This document shows positions 1 to 14,280 of a stretch of DNA of 64,000 bases, one piece after another. The translations under genes and the position numbers were made by a program. Source of the DNA: Malacoraja senta. Taxonomy: Eukaryota. How positions within the stretch are numbered: the stretch's first letter is position 1; each line of letters opens with the position of its first letter. The DNA lies in the NCBI GenBank assembly GCA_038087875.1, contig CM075989.1, positions 23,500,001 to 23,564,000 on the forward strand, read 5' to 3'. Below the pieces are notes generated by a model. The model did not search any database. It was not told the origin of the DNA and saw only the letters and a program-made list of their open reading frames with translations.

Positions 1-3000
1 GGATCTTTGGGCATTATACTCACTCATCACACACATCTTTTGGCTGCGGAAGAGATATCCAGGTAAATATTCCTGGATGTTCTTAGAAGGTTCCTTGAAT
101 TAAAAAAATAAACATGAGGTAAAAAGGCATTTGGACAGGTAGACACCTCGACTCAGGTAGACAATAATTGCTAGCATATACTTCAAGAGGGCTAGAATAC
201 AAAAAAACAGGGATGTAATGATTAGTGCGGGTGTCAGGAGAATATGGGGAGAAGGCAGGAGAATTCATTCATTCTTCCCCCGCACAATTAAAGCATGGAA
301 TAATCTTCACCCTGCCATAGTTACTCAACCAGACGCAACTAAATTTAAGGTAGCTCTTCTTCTCCAAGAATCCTTTTTTGTTTAAGTCCACCCTCCGCCA
401 CCTCCAGTTTAAATTCCATTTTGAATATTTGAGGACCAAGAACCAAGAATGGGGTTAGGAGGGAGAGATAGATCAGCCATGATTGAATGGTGGAGTAGAC
501 TTGATGGGCAGAATGGCCTAATTATGCTCCTATCACTTATGACACAAAAAGCTGAAGTTACTCAGCGGGGCAGGCAGTATTCGTGGAGAGAAGAAATAGA
601 GCTCACATTGGTATCACAACACCCACTGAAGAAGGGTTCTGACCCGAAACATCACCCATTCCTTCTCTCCAGAGATGCTGCCTGTCCTGCTGAGTTACTC
701 CAGCTTTTTGTGTCTATCTTTATTGTAAACCAACATCTGCTGTTCCTCCCTACACATTTGGACAGGTACATTAATGGGAAAGGTTTAAAAGAAATGCATA
801 TGGACCAGTGGGGGTTTTATACATCAGGTTGTGAAGCAGGTCTATCCACAATGTTTATGAACATTTGGACAGTAAATGGACAGGACAGGTTTTATGTGAT
901 ATGGGCCAAATGCAGGCAGATGGGACAAACAGATGGGGCATGTTGGTTGGTGTGGGCAAAGTTGGGCCAAAGGGCTTGTTTCCACCCTCTATGACAATAA
1001 TAAGAGAATGTGTGCTAATATATGGTGACAGTCTTGCTGAGCTGTATGCCCAAAGACATTTCACTGTGCCTTGGTGCCTACATGAAATGAGCTGGCAGAA
1101 CTATAGTGGCAGGAAAAAATTACAGCGTTTTAAATAAATTCTGCCTGACATGATGAGTTTTTCCAGCACTTAGTGTTTTACTGAAGATTCCAGCATTGTT
1201 AGTTCCTTGTGTTGCTTTGGGACAAGTATGTGGATTGGAAATGTTTGCAGGGATATGGGGTATGTGCAGGCAAGTAGGCTAGCTCAGTAAGGCACCTTGG
1301 TCGACATGTTCTATTGGGCTAAAATACTTGATTCCCTATGCTCCATGGCTCTATGATAACACTGAAACCCCTAATCTATGCATAAGAAGCACGCAAGCCC
1401 AGGGTAAACGACAAGGTGCGCACCACCCACCCATCTCTTCAGGCACCTCCTGCCTCTTGTTCAGAAGGGTTGGTTCATATCTGCCTCATTGACATACACC
1501 CTTTTCTTCCACAGATGCTGCTTGACCTGCTGAACTTGCAGGTTTTAAAGGCAAGTCATCTTCAATCTCGAGGGACTATCCAAGTAGAAGATCCAATAAT
1601 TACCAAGATGAGGGAAATAGGTACAGGACGCTCTTCATCCCATCTAACATTCAATGGAAACAAATACTTTAATTTTTGTGACCTGAAGCCCTTAAGAAAA
1701 GTCCCAACCCAAAACATTACTTATCCCTCCTGAGTTACTTCAGTACTTTGTATCTTTTCTCACTTTAAATTCAGTAGTACTCTACATAACAGGGATATTC
1801 CACAGCACTTTACAGCCAAATAAATCAGGTCAGTATTGTGTAAAATATCAGCAGATAATTTGTGTGCATCAATCTTCCACAAACTTCAATAGATAGCACC
1901 AGATAATCTGTCTTAGTGATGTTGATCATATTACCAGGATACTGCAGATAATCCTGATTAAGTCATGACTAATCCATATCTCAATTCCACTTCTACTCAC
2001 AGTTGTTTATAATCTGTACATGGTAGTATTCCTACCTCTGAACTAATAGTTTATGGATTCAAATCCTAGTCTAGCATCTTGAAAGCTAAAACCTAGGTAG
2101 TCGGAGCAGTGAATTGCTGAGGGAGTGTTGGACTGCCAAAAAAAAAAGTAAAAATCTAGGCCCTGCCTAATTTCCTAGTTGGATTGAAAAGATCACATGG
2201 GATTTTTTCCCCCAAAGAATGAGAAATTATAGCAATTATTCTCAATGGTTAAAAGTGCCACCAGAAGAGTACTTTAAACATTGAAAAGTAAATGACTAAC
2301 AAAACATTGCCAAATATTTGAAGATGGCTAGACTGGTTGATAAGGCATCTTAAAATGCATAAAAATCAGAAACAAATGAATAGATAGTGGCATTGAACAA
2401 CAAAGGAAAGAGTCCATGATGAACCTTTATAATTTATTTGTCAGGCCTTATTTCTGGGCTGCACAGTATTAGAGGGGGGACAGAAATTTACCAGTATGTT
2501 CCTAATTTGAGAAACTTTATTAAGAGATACTAATTGTTTTCTTTGGAGCAGAGTAGGTTTAATTAAGATGTTCAAACAAATGGGGATTTCAATAAGATAG
2601 GAGGGGGGGGGGGAATTATTTACATTGGCAAGAAAGTCAGTGAACATTTAATAAAATTGGAACAAATGTAATTAATAAGGTAATTGATTTGCAAGGCATG
2701 TTCCTACATTCTGGAATTCACTACTTGTGGGCCAGTGAACAAAGAGTGATAGCAATATTCAAAGGAAATTGAATAGCTGAAAAGAACAGGATGTGATGCT
2801 AATTAAATAGCTCTTTGAATAGCACCACAGAAGCAAATAACATTCTGTACTGCATGAAAGCATTGAAGGAACAAACCTGCCCAGCAAATAAGTGATCAAC
2901 AGTTGGGAGTTGAGCAGGCTCACCAAGACGTAGATTAGGCCACATATGGGTTTATGGTCTACTTATGTAAAAAGAAGAGTGCTGCTGCAGCAGAAGCAGT

Positions 3001-4439
3001 TTGTAGGAGGATTTTTGGACTGATATCTGGAATGGGCAGGTTGTCCTATGAGGGAAAGTTGGACAAGCTACACTTGCCGCTGCTGGAGTTTGGAAGAGTG
3101 AGAGGGAATTGATTGTAACTCAGAACATCCTGCGCCATCTTGATCGGGTGGGTGTGGAGTGAATTTTTAAGGCAAAGGTAAATTGATTCATTGATAGCAT
3201 TTTGTGTCTATCTTCGAGTGAATGATAACTACAGGTAGCAGGAATGCAGAATCCTGAAGAATAAAGATTCCTGCAGATTGCTAAAATTAGAGCCAAATGG
3301 CTGTCCCTAATTCATATATTCTTATGTAAATTGTGATAAACATTGTTATCTCAAACTATCAGAGAGTAGGCACAGATGAACATCCAATTGGACAATCCAT
3401 CCCAAAGTATTTATTGGTATTGCATTCATGTCTCAGTTCCCCCCCCCCCCCCCCCCCGCTCAATTTTCTATTATACACTATTTAAACATCTTGTGGTTAA
3501 AAGCACCTACTTTTCCATAGACATTCCCATTGAATCACTGACCCATAATTTTTTGGTCTCAATAATATTTAACATCATAAATTGTTCCCTATTGTCAAAA
3601 CTATCAATCCTTTTCAAAATTACCAACATTCTTTTTTTTAAATTAAAAATGTCAATATTAATATTTGCAAATATTTAAAGAAATTGCTGAAAATATTTAA
3701 CTGGTCAGGTCTGAAGAAGGGTCTCGACCCAAAACATTGCCTATTTCCTTCGCTCCATAGATGCTGCCTCACCAGCTGAGTTTATCCAGCATTTTGTCTA
3801 ACTGGTCAGGTAGATCAGTGGGAAGAGAAACAGTTAATGTTTCAGGTCAAAGGTGTTTAGTCATCCTGAAAAAGAGAATAAACAAGTTATTATTCAGTTG
3901 CGGAGCATGTGGAGAAGTTTGATTTTGGTTTTGTTGTATGTTTCTGCTTCATGGGCATTGTTTCTTTCCTATAAAAGTAATTGCCTATTCTATCATTTCC
4001 CAGATCTGTTTATATTGCTCCCTTTTCACTCCTTTGACAATGTTATGACATTTGCTATATTAAAGGTATTATTAAAGTGCTACATTTTGAATTTAATAAT
4101 GAGCCCAATTCAGTTTTGAAGAACATAAATTATTTAAAATCTCCAAATAACTATTCCAAATTAAAGCTATTAACATACATCATGGTGCTTCAATGGCACA
4201 AGAATATCTTTGTAGGATTGTTGAAACCATATCTGTTATCAATATTTAACTTTAGCCACTAATTTAGTTTACTCTTGGCCATTTTGAAGCTAATTTGTAA
4301 ATCCTGAATTTTATCTGTGATTAAAATCTAAACATATTGAGGGATGGCAAATTGCCACGTTTGTTCTCATTCCTTTCTGAATTGATTTGTGGTTTTTAAG
4401 AGATAATACATGAATAAACTTTACAGAAAAGAACTTCGT

Positions 4440-4705
4440 TTTCACAACTTCAGTTGCAGTTTTAATGTGGGGAATGTGACAGGCTATGGCACACAGAGGT
4501 TCTCATAAACAGTAATACGATAATGTCTGCATAATCTACTTTAGTGAAGCCAATTGAAGGAAATATAGGGCAGGCCACCAGGGAGAACCCTCCTTCAAAT
4601 TACTGCAGTGGGATCCTTTGCAGTTACTGAAAGACACATTGAAATCTAGTTTAACAGCTTTCCCTAACAATAGCACATCCACCAGTGCAGAGCACTTTAG
4701 CACTC
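4440..4705 (-). mobile_element. Ancient Deu-domain SINE relic (SacSINE1/AmnSINE1-like); similar relics at about 1790-1945 (-) and 2020-2240 (+)
   Basis: Degenerate match by eye to the recalled core ...AAAGATCCCA.GGCA.TATTTGAAG...GGG.GTTCTCCC.GGTG.CCTG.CC...CACTAAA..AGATTAT. Confidence 0.55.
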
Positions 4706-7700
4706 AAACACTTGAACTTCTCATCAGTTTACTTTCAACCATAGTAATATTATTTTTTATTTAAATGAAAGGTACAGCATGGAAACAGGCCCTTCAACCC
4801 ATTGAGACCACGCTGACCATCGATCACCTGGTTCACTAGTTGATATCCCACTTTTGCTTCCACTCCCTACACACCAGGGACAATTTACAGAGGGCAATTA
4901 ACCTACAAACCCACACGTCTTTAGGAAGGAACTAAGGCGGTCAAAGGGAGAAGATACAAATCCACACAGACAGCACCCGAGGCCAGGATTTTTTAGTTTA
5001 GTTTAGATTAGTTTATTGTCACGTGTACCGAGGTCCAGGGAAAAGCTTTTGTTGCATGCTAACCAGCCAGTGGCAGACAACACGTGATTATAATTGAGCC
5101 ATTCACAGTGTACAGATACACGATAAAGGAATAATGTTTAGTGCAAGGTAAAGCCAGTAAATCTGATCAAAGATAGTCTGGGGTTCCCCGATGAGGTAGG
5201 TAGTAGTTCAGGTTCGCTCTCTAGTTGGTGATAGGATGGTTCAGTTGCCTGACAACAGCAGGGAAGAAACTTAATCTGGAGGTGTACATTTTCACACTTC
5301 TTATACTAGGTCTCTGATGATGTGAGGTGGCAATTCTACCAGCTGCACCACTTTTGCTCAGAATAATTCCCAGGTAATAAGTTTAGTAACAGTCAGGCCT
5401 AAAAGGTAAGCTCACTGGGTAGATTGCTAGAATCACGAGTTACTCTTGCAGCCCATTTCTGCGTGGGGTTCTGCCACACGATGCTGGGATACGGCATACT
5501 CCTGAGCTGAAAAACATAATCATTCTGCCTCCATGACAACTGATTAGCAACAGCGACATTGAAGCTGTTGTATGGGAAGTATAGCGCTGCCAATTTTATC
5601 TGGTTGCTTGCTCAGTACAAACAGGATTAACACCAGTGAGAACACTTTGTGGATCATAACATTTACAGGTTAATGTAATGTTATGCTGTATTTTTGGATG
5701 AGTAAGTTCCCTGCGAATAATTATTGCTGATCCAGAAATCCATCAAGTATTGTAATACTCGTTGAAAATCAATTATTTGATATTTTCTGTCCTTGTTGAC
5801 TCAATCCCAATCCTTTATACTTACCAAAGCTGGGTTGAAACTGAAAGAGACAGGCACTCTGAGACAAAATAAACCTTTCAGCTATTAAAATACGAATGTT
5901 CGACTTTTTTGTTCAGGACGTCATTCCTAATGCCGAATGCCACGATCACCATTCGATGGGACTTTGCCCAACAACCCCACCCCCACCCCCCACCCCTCCC
6001 CAACTCCACCTCTGCTATTTGCAAAGCTGTGTATTATCTGATGGAATCCAGTGACAATATGTCTTCACACAACTTATCACAATTATATTGAAGTCTTTAC
6101 TTCAATATAATCGTACGTCTTCAAACTGCTGCTATAGGCACCAAAGAATTCTGCATATTCTAGTCTGGTTGCTGTTCAGCAGCCCTACTTATGTACACTT
6201 GTGGTCAGTTGGCAATGACAGGATGTACAGCTTCCTATGGCTGAGCAGCTTGCTCACAATTTATTGCCAAACGTCATATTTAGATACTAGTGGAAGAGGT
6301 TAACATGTTCAAAATAGGATACCCAACAGGAGAATCTCAATGGTGCTTATATTCTCACATGTGGTAAGAACTAACACAGTGAAATACTTTTAATTACAAA
6401 AATCCAGAGTATTGCTATACCCCCGATTAGCAAATATACAGAAATAGTCTACTGAGGCTGCATGCAAGAGACGCCATGTTTTGCCGCCAATTTGCAAAGT
6501 CCACACTCCAGTTCTTATGAGTGATGCCTGTTCCAGGTAAGTCCCAGGTTGTTGCAGGCAGCAACAACCTGGGACTCATCGCTCATCCACCTTTGTTCCC
6601 TGAGGGTGCCTCCCGCACTGTGAGAACCATAAAGTTTTGTTTCGAGCCAGTTTAGAGATGCAGTGTGGAAACAGGCCTTCGGTCCATGCCATTGATCACC
6701 TATACACTAGTTCTATGTTATCCAACTTTTACATCCTACACACTAGGGCCAAGTTACAGAGGTCAATTAACCTACAATCTTTGGAATGTGGGAGGAAACC
6801 AGAGGACCTGGAGAAAACCCACACGGTCACAGGGAGAACTGACAGACAGCACCCGAGGTCAGGATGGAACCTGGGTATCTGGCGCTGTGAGGCAGTAACT
6901 CTACCTCTCACTGAAAGTCAAAACAAAAGCTGAATACAAAAGTCTGAACAAGGCTTTCATTAGCATTGTCACAGCTGCAGAGAATGTGGTTTGATGCACG
7001 TTTGATTTGTCAAGAATGTGCAACAAAGAAGCAATGCAGCCTGACAATAACTGAAGTAAAAACAAATTGACTAAATGTGCAAAGTTCATGTAGTCAAAGG
7101 GAAAAAGGGGTCTACTAAAGACAAGCGGTGTGGTGCTGTGCAACATCTTCGAGGGAGCATACACTGGATAAGTAGACAATCAATCATTGACTATTTCACT
7201 AAAGTATTAATTGTGTTATCAAAATCAATACAGGTTTGTAGGTTAATTGGCTTGGTAGAATTGTAAATTGTCTCTTGTGTGTATAGGATAGTGTGAGCGT
7301 GCAGGGATCGCTGGACAGTGCAGACTCGGTGGGCCGATGGGCCTATTTCCACTGTATCTCTAAACTAAACAATTGGCAGTAAGGGGCATTACCCCCCCCC
7401 CCCCCCAATGGTCCGTTATAACGAGGGTTTACTGTAATAGGATCATTACCAGGGATATTGTCATAAGTATTTAGAAAGTATGAAGAATTGGGTCTCTACC
7501 TAAACTGATACGTAATCAGAACCTCGTGCCATAACATGTTCCAAATCATGTTGGAATCTAGAATTTTTGTCCATTAGCTGTAAACTTGTGCTTTTATGAC
7601 TCATTTTACTATATAAATAGGAAAAAAGGCAACAGTCACTGACTGTGGAGGAGGGTTAAGAAACAAAATATGTCTAAAAAGAAAAGAGGAAAGAAAAGCA

Positions 7701-8420
7701 AAGGATATAAATAGCCCAGGAAGTGGTATAGAACAGCAATGTAATCAGGTGGTTAAAAATACAGTGAGAGTATCTGCTATTGAAACTGAGTTTAGCTTTC
7801 AACAGGGGTGCGCATAGTGAATGTGATAAAACAGTGGAACTGTGGACAACTACACATTCTAAAGAACCAGAGATAGAAAGAATTACAGGATAGCAACAGA
7901 AAAATCAAGGCAAGGAATTCAACATTGTAGTTTAAGATAGAGATAATATAAAAGGAATGTGAAGTAGCTGCTTTTAACACATAATGCACTCACTTTCTAT
8001 GGGATCAAAGCTGATTTTGGCAGTGCCTTTCTTTTATAAATAGCTATGGAAACACTGTTTCTTTATATTTTTGACATTAATCTTTCAGTCATCCCTTGCT
8101 TTTTCTGTTTATAAGGTCGTAAGGTCATAAGTAATTGGAGTAGAATTAGGCCATTGAATCGAGTCTACTCTGTCATTCAATCATGGCTGATCTATCTCTC
8201 CCTCCTAACCCCATCCTCCTGCCTTCTCCCCATAACCTCTGACACCTGTACTAATCAAAAATCTATCTATCTCTGCCTTTAAAATATCCACTGACTTGGC
8301 CTCTACAGCCCGCTGTGGCAAAGAATTCCACTAATTCACCACCCTCTGACTAAATACATTTCTCCTCAACTCCTTCCTAAAAGAACGTCCTTTAATTCTG
8401 AGGCTATGACACCCACTCTT

Positions 8421-8890
8421 AACTAAACTGGAAAGCGTACTAAAAAGATTTACGAGGATGTTACCGGGTCTGGAAAGTTTGTGTTATACGAAAGACTTGA
8501 TGGGCTAGGTGTTGCTACCCTGGAAAACAGAGGTGAGGGGTGACCTTACAGAGGTTTATAAAATCCTGAGAGGCATAGATACGGTGAATAGCCACAGTAA
8601 TTGCCCCAGGTTAGGGGAGTCCAAAACTAGAGAGCATAGGTTTAAGATGAGAGGGGAAAGATTTAAAGGGGACATGAGGGACAGCTTTTTCATGGAAGGT
8701 GGAGTGTAAATGGAATGAGCTGTCAGAGGAAGTGGTAGAGGTTGGAACAATTATGACATTTGAAAGACACTTAGACAGGTACATGGACAGGAAATGTTTG
8801 GGGGGATATGGGTCAGGTGGAGACAAGTGGGACTAGCTACATTAGACAATGAGGATGTAGGGCTGAAGGGGCCGTTTCCATGCTCTATAG
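8421..8890 (+). mobile_element. CR1 LINE 3' fragment
   Basis: RGDLTEVYKILRGID...TREHRFKMRGERF. Confidence 0.8.
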
Positions 8891-9599
8891 CTCTATTACG
8901 CTACAATATGGTGAGTCCTTCTAAATGTTTCTTCAACCAAATTTGTCAGTTTTCCTTATTTCAACTGAAATACGTGTAATTATGAGGGCATGAAAGCAGA
9001 GCGTTACTGCTCACTGATAAAGACCATGACATTGCATTCCCCTTATTTCCTTGTCTGCAAACAGTTAAGAAAATGACACCAGGAAGTCCTCAGTGTCTGC
9101 TTGCTACCTCCCCGGGCTATGATTTGTAGCTTCATACGTCAGCACAAGGCAGTTTTTCTATTTGTAGCTTTCTGCATCTCTGCGTTACCATCTATTTTCA
9201 ATTCCTGTTATCACTTGGCAAGGACATTTATCTCTGGAGAGAAGGAATGGCTGACATTTCAGGTTGAAACCCTTCTTCAGACTGAAGAAGGGTCTTGACC
9301 TGAAACGTCACACATTCCTTCTCTCCAGAGATGCTGCGTGTCCCGCTGAGTTAATCCAGCATTTTGTGTCTATCTTCGATTTAAACCAGCATCAAGGACA
9401 CAAGGACATTTATCTTATTGTTTCCCTGACCCTATTGTGTCAGGTGTGAGCCTCTAGGTTACTGTAATAGGATGCCAACCAAATGTACAGAGAAATAGCT
9501 TGAAGAGTTGATATAATCAACAGTGCTAAAATAGATCTGTGGGTAGGCATCCAGCATGATTGGTCTCCTGATAGAGTTTTCATCCGGCACAAAGAGTGC

Positions 9600-9998
9600 C
9601 TTTGAGTTTGAGTTTGTCATATGTACCGAGGCACAGTGAAAACCTTGCATGCTAATCAGTCAGAGGAATGACAGATACGTTCATTCATCATCGTTGAAAA
9701 CATTAGCGATGCAGTGGTGCTGGTTTCTAGCGGGAACGGTGACGAACGCACTACAGATACATGATAAAGGGAATATCGTGAATAACATTTAGTGCAAAAT
9801 AAAGTCCAGTAAAGTCCGATCAAAGATAGTCCGAGGGTCTCCAATGAGGTAGATAGTTCTCAGGAATGCTCTCCAGTTGGTGATAGGACAGTTCAGTTGC
9901 CTGATAAAGGCTGGGAAGAAACTGTCCCCTGAACTGGAGGTGTGCGTTTTCACACTTCTGTACCTCTTGCCTGATGGGAGAGGGGTGAAGAGGGAGAG
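9600..9998 (-). mobile_element. Rex1/Babar-type LINE 3' fragment, second subfamily
   Basis: LFTPLPSGKRYRSVKTHTS..DSFFPAFIRQLN. Confidence 0.75.
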
Positions 9999-11070
9999 AA
10001 CATAGAATATGGAATTATACAGCACAGGAACAGACCAGATCAGATGTCACCAGAAACCCACTGTAACCACTCTGGACACTGCTCTTCCAGGGTGCAGGGC
10101 GTTACTCGGTACGTACCCTTTCAAAGGTTGTCTATGTAGACAGCAAGACCTAACCTGTTGGGGTCATGAGGACCAGTGGGTGTATTGTCCAACCAAGGAG
10201 TTCTGAAGTCCTGACCTCCCTTTCTTTTGCAGCAGGTGACTCAAATCCCATCCACCCTTTCAAAGGTCATTGTAAAAGCCACTAATAAAGAGCCGTGATC
10301 TTGTATATTGGTCTCTTTTTATTTTGTGTCTCTGGAATTCTTGACTCTCAATACATCTCACCAAAGCTAAGAAACCTGGTTTATGGTGTAACTGGGGCGC
10401 AGGCACTGAATCCTGCCGAGGTGAAATAAGAATTTGGTTTTCTTTTTGGAGGAGGTGCGGGGGAGATGGAGCGTGAATTACAGGTAACCCTTGCTATAAT
10501 TAACCACACTGGGCGGGCGGGGCAGGGTTGGGGGGTGGAAGAGAGGTTGGGGGGGGGGGAGATGGAGCATGAATTACAGTAAACCCTTGCTATAGCACAC
10601 TGGGCGGGGTTGAGGGTGGTTTAGAGGGAGGAGGGAGGTGGTGCCTGTTATTGACAATGTTCTGCTACAACCAAATAAGGGGCTTAATATGTACAGTACT
10701 TGGAAAAAACAGCAAATAAACATACAATAAATAAACAGTAAAGGGCACAAATATGCCATGCCTTGTGGTGGCACAGTGGTACTGCAGTAGAGGAATGTTT
10801 ATGATTGAAATTTTTGATTCTCTGCATTTTTTGCAAAACGAGCTGTGATTTGGTGAGAATTACAGCTCATCCTCTTCAGTCCCATTGTGCCCCCACCGCA
10901 CTGCCATGTCCACTGAGTGCACCTCACACCCTGCCTCTGTCCAAAAAAAGTTATTTTAAGAACTGCGGAAAAGAGCTATGACCTTTGTTTTACAAAGAAA
11001 TATCGTTAATCACCAATTTCAGCCTTTCCAGCCCAGTGTGTGGCAGGATTGAATCTGAGAATAGACACTT

Positions 11071-11290
11071 GGTCCAGGACGTTTCGGAGTGGCTGCATGA
11101 CAGCCTCAAGGGGGAGGGGGAGCAGCCAGAAGTCGTCCTGCATGTTGGCGCAAATGACATCGGTAGGAAAAGGAAGGAGGTTCTGCAATATGGCTACAGG
11201 GAGTTAGGTCAATATCTTAAACACGACCTCCAGGGTAGTGATCTCAGGATTACTTCCAGTGCTAAGTTGTAGTGAGGGTAGAAACAGGAT
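11071..11290 (+). mobile_element. CR1 LINE ORF1 fragment (SGNH esterase-like)
   Basis: VQDVSEWLHDSLKGEGEQPEVVLHVGANDIGRKRKEVL carries the HxGxND block. Confidence 0.75.
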
Positions 11291-14280
11291 GCTGCAACCG
11301 ATATCCCTTGTATAGAGGTCCGTTAAAACAGCTCTCTGTTCCAGGGTAAATGCTAAAGCCATCATTGGTTTCCACCGTGATAAATTTCAAAATCACTCTA
11401 AAGGAAATGAAAAAAGAGGAATTAATGTAGGTTGAATGGTAGAACAAAATGAATATTTTTGAAACTCTTCTCGGTTGGTAAAATATTTGATTAATGGATC
11501 TTTGCCTCAAGGCAGTGTTCTAGTTTTCAGATTTTAAACTCCATTTCATTGATACCTGGAGCAGCTGCCTCCAACAACCGTGCATGGTATGGATGTGCTT
11601 CCATCAATGCTCAATGTGGGACTCTGGGGAGCATCATTAATCAGAAATATACATTATTAAATATACATTATCATGGGTCTGCAGTCACATTTATCTAAAT
11701 AGAAGTCGTTCCGTGGAACAGAAATATTTTCCACAAATTTATTTGACAATTCAAGAAAACCTGCTGAATTTATCGTGGCAAAACACAAATGTGCTGGAGG
11801 ACCTCAGCAGGTCAGGCAGCATCGATGGTGGGAATGTGAGAGCCAGTAGCCACAACAGGCCAGAAGGCACCATATTTCAGCTACATGGAGTTAACATATA
11901 AACCACTAGGTATATTTGAAAAGAGATCATTGGAGTTAGGTAATTACAATTTCTATTCACTGGTTTCCTTGTTGTCACTTGTACAGAGATAGTGTTGGAT
12001 GGTTTATGCAAATTAAAATTATAGGTTATATTATAGACTCTAGTCACTTAAACATTGGCAAATGGAAAACAACTGTATTAAGAAATCAATGAGTTCTGGC
12101 TGAGTTCTGAAATGCTTTTTTTTAAATTAGCAAAGTATTTCACAAATGGGCCAAACACCAGGTTGTTATAACATTACACAAGACACTGTGGGGCTGCAGT
12201 AAAAATAAATCTCCAGCAAGATGTTTGAATAGTGCTTTTGTAAATGAAACATGAATTTCCCAGCTTGGTTGTTATTATCATCAGTTACCAGCATCACTGT
12301 TATCAACCTTTCTCTATTCAACAAGTCCTTGTTGATATTTGAACTCGTCTAAGTGCTTGGAATTTCAATGAGGTAAATAATGTCCTATACCTCCCTTTTT
12401 AATTCGAGGCCTCACATCCGCTCAGAAAATTTAATTTTGTTTTCGGTCTGTAGATATTCAACAAAATTGTGAGACTTCGATCAAAAAGCTCAGATCAACT
12501 TGCCCTTCTGAAGAGATGTTGATTAACGCATGGTTAGTGTTCCTCCATCTGCAGGCTGTGAGCAATTCTCACAAAATGCTTCCTTCAAGTACCAAGTCTT
12601 CTAGCCCATTAAAACCTTAACATTCATGGTCTGTAAAAGGTATTGCCCACAACTGGAAGAGTAAAGTAATAAATGTTAGATCAGTTGCAAATCTTGCGTT
12701 CCAGTATCTTGTCTCTGAATCCATGCTGCAACATCGAGGATACAGTGGTATATGGCAGACAAACTGCTACTGTAAATATTTCTCTCATGTCAGTCATACA
12801 TCAGAGAAACGGGTCTTTGAGCCATTCTATCATTACGCCTAGTAACACCAATCCCATTTTACTCTGCCCACATTCCCATAAACTCCATCTCAAGAAAGGT
12901 CCCGACCCAAAACCTCACCTGTTCCTTTTCTCCAGAGATGCTGCCTGACCTGCTGAGTTACTTCAGCTTTTTGTGTCTTATCTTCCCATAAACTCACCTA
13001 GATTCAACCATTTACTTACACAGTAGTGTCAGTGACCAATAAACCGAAAACCTGAGCATTTTCATAGAATGTAGGAGGAAACAGGAGCACCTGAAGGAAT
13101 TTATAGCATCACAGGGTGAACATGCAAACTCCACGCAGACAGAGCCAGGGGTGAGAATCGAACCTAGGCCTCTGGAGCTGAGAGGCAGCAGCTCTGATGG
13201 TGATGCCACTGTGCAGTACACTGAGTAATAAGCATTGAAAGCTTATATTGAATCTAATAAAAACACAGACACCAATGTCTTGATGTGTGCCCCAGAGGTT
13301 TTATAGTATAGTCACCAACAGTAAATGAGGAAGTAGGTAAACACCAGATGACTGATCTAATAAAAGATTTTAGATGGCAAGTATTTTCATTTTTAGTTAG
13401 GACTGCAGGGTTTTCATCAATTTAGCTTTCATGCTAAACCCCCAGTAGAGGGAGTCATGAGCATAGATTACAACGATAGAGTCATGGAGTCTTACAGTGT
13501 TAAAACAGGCCCTTTGGCCCAACCTTCCCATACCGGCCAAAACCCCCCATCTACTGGTCCCACCTGCCTGCATTTGGCCCATATTTCTCTAAACATATTC
13601 TATCCATGTACCTTTACATATGTTTCTTAAACATTGCGATAGTTCCTGCCTCAACTACCTCCTCCGGCAGCTCATTCCATACCCCTGCCATCCTTTGTAT
13701 AAAAAAATTACCTCCCCAGGCTCCTATCAAATCTCCCCCCCCCCCCACACACACCTTAAACCTATGTCCCCTGGTTATGTCAAAGGGGAATCTGTGTTGA
13801 TCCTCCATGCATTCTCTCTCCTTGAGCTAGTCTCAAATCCTTTCATCATCTTCAGCACCCCAGTTAGATCATCCATAGATCTGGCAGCACAAAATGGTGC
13901 ATCTATGAGATACTGTGGACTATTAGCAAAGTGAGAAATGTTCACCAACATAAGCTGTAACCACATAGCCGGGCACTATATTTTAAAATGATTGTTAAAA
14001 GTATATTTTAAAACAACAATGTCTCATATGATTAGAAACATTCCAAGATGTTCGAAAAGCCTTTGTAAGCCAGTAAGCAGTCAATGGTAGAGGATGGAAC
14101 AACAGGATACACCTGAGGCCAACTCACCCATGGGTGTACCCTGTGGGATTCCCACCAAATGCCATGGTCAGTCTGACCCAGCCCACAGCTGGCAATGGTA
14201 AGTGCCCTGTGGTGAGTTTGGGCACCCTGCTGAAACAAGGATGGTTTGGCACATTGAATATGTTCATTTTCCCCTTCTGA

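Noticed and set aside
449..994. 181-aa ORF
   Set aside because: Mosaic of CR1 tail and Penelope-derived repeat sequence
12454..12532. Plus-strand exon-like segment (IQQNCETSIKKLRSTCPSEEMLINAW)
   Set aside because: Isolated, unrecognised, and no partner exons found
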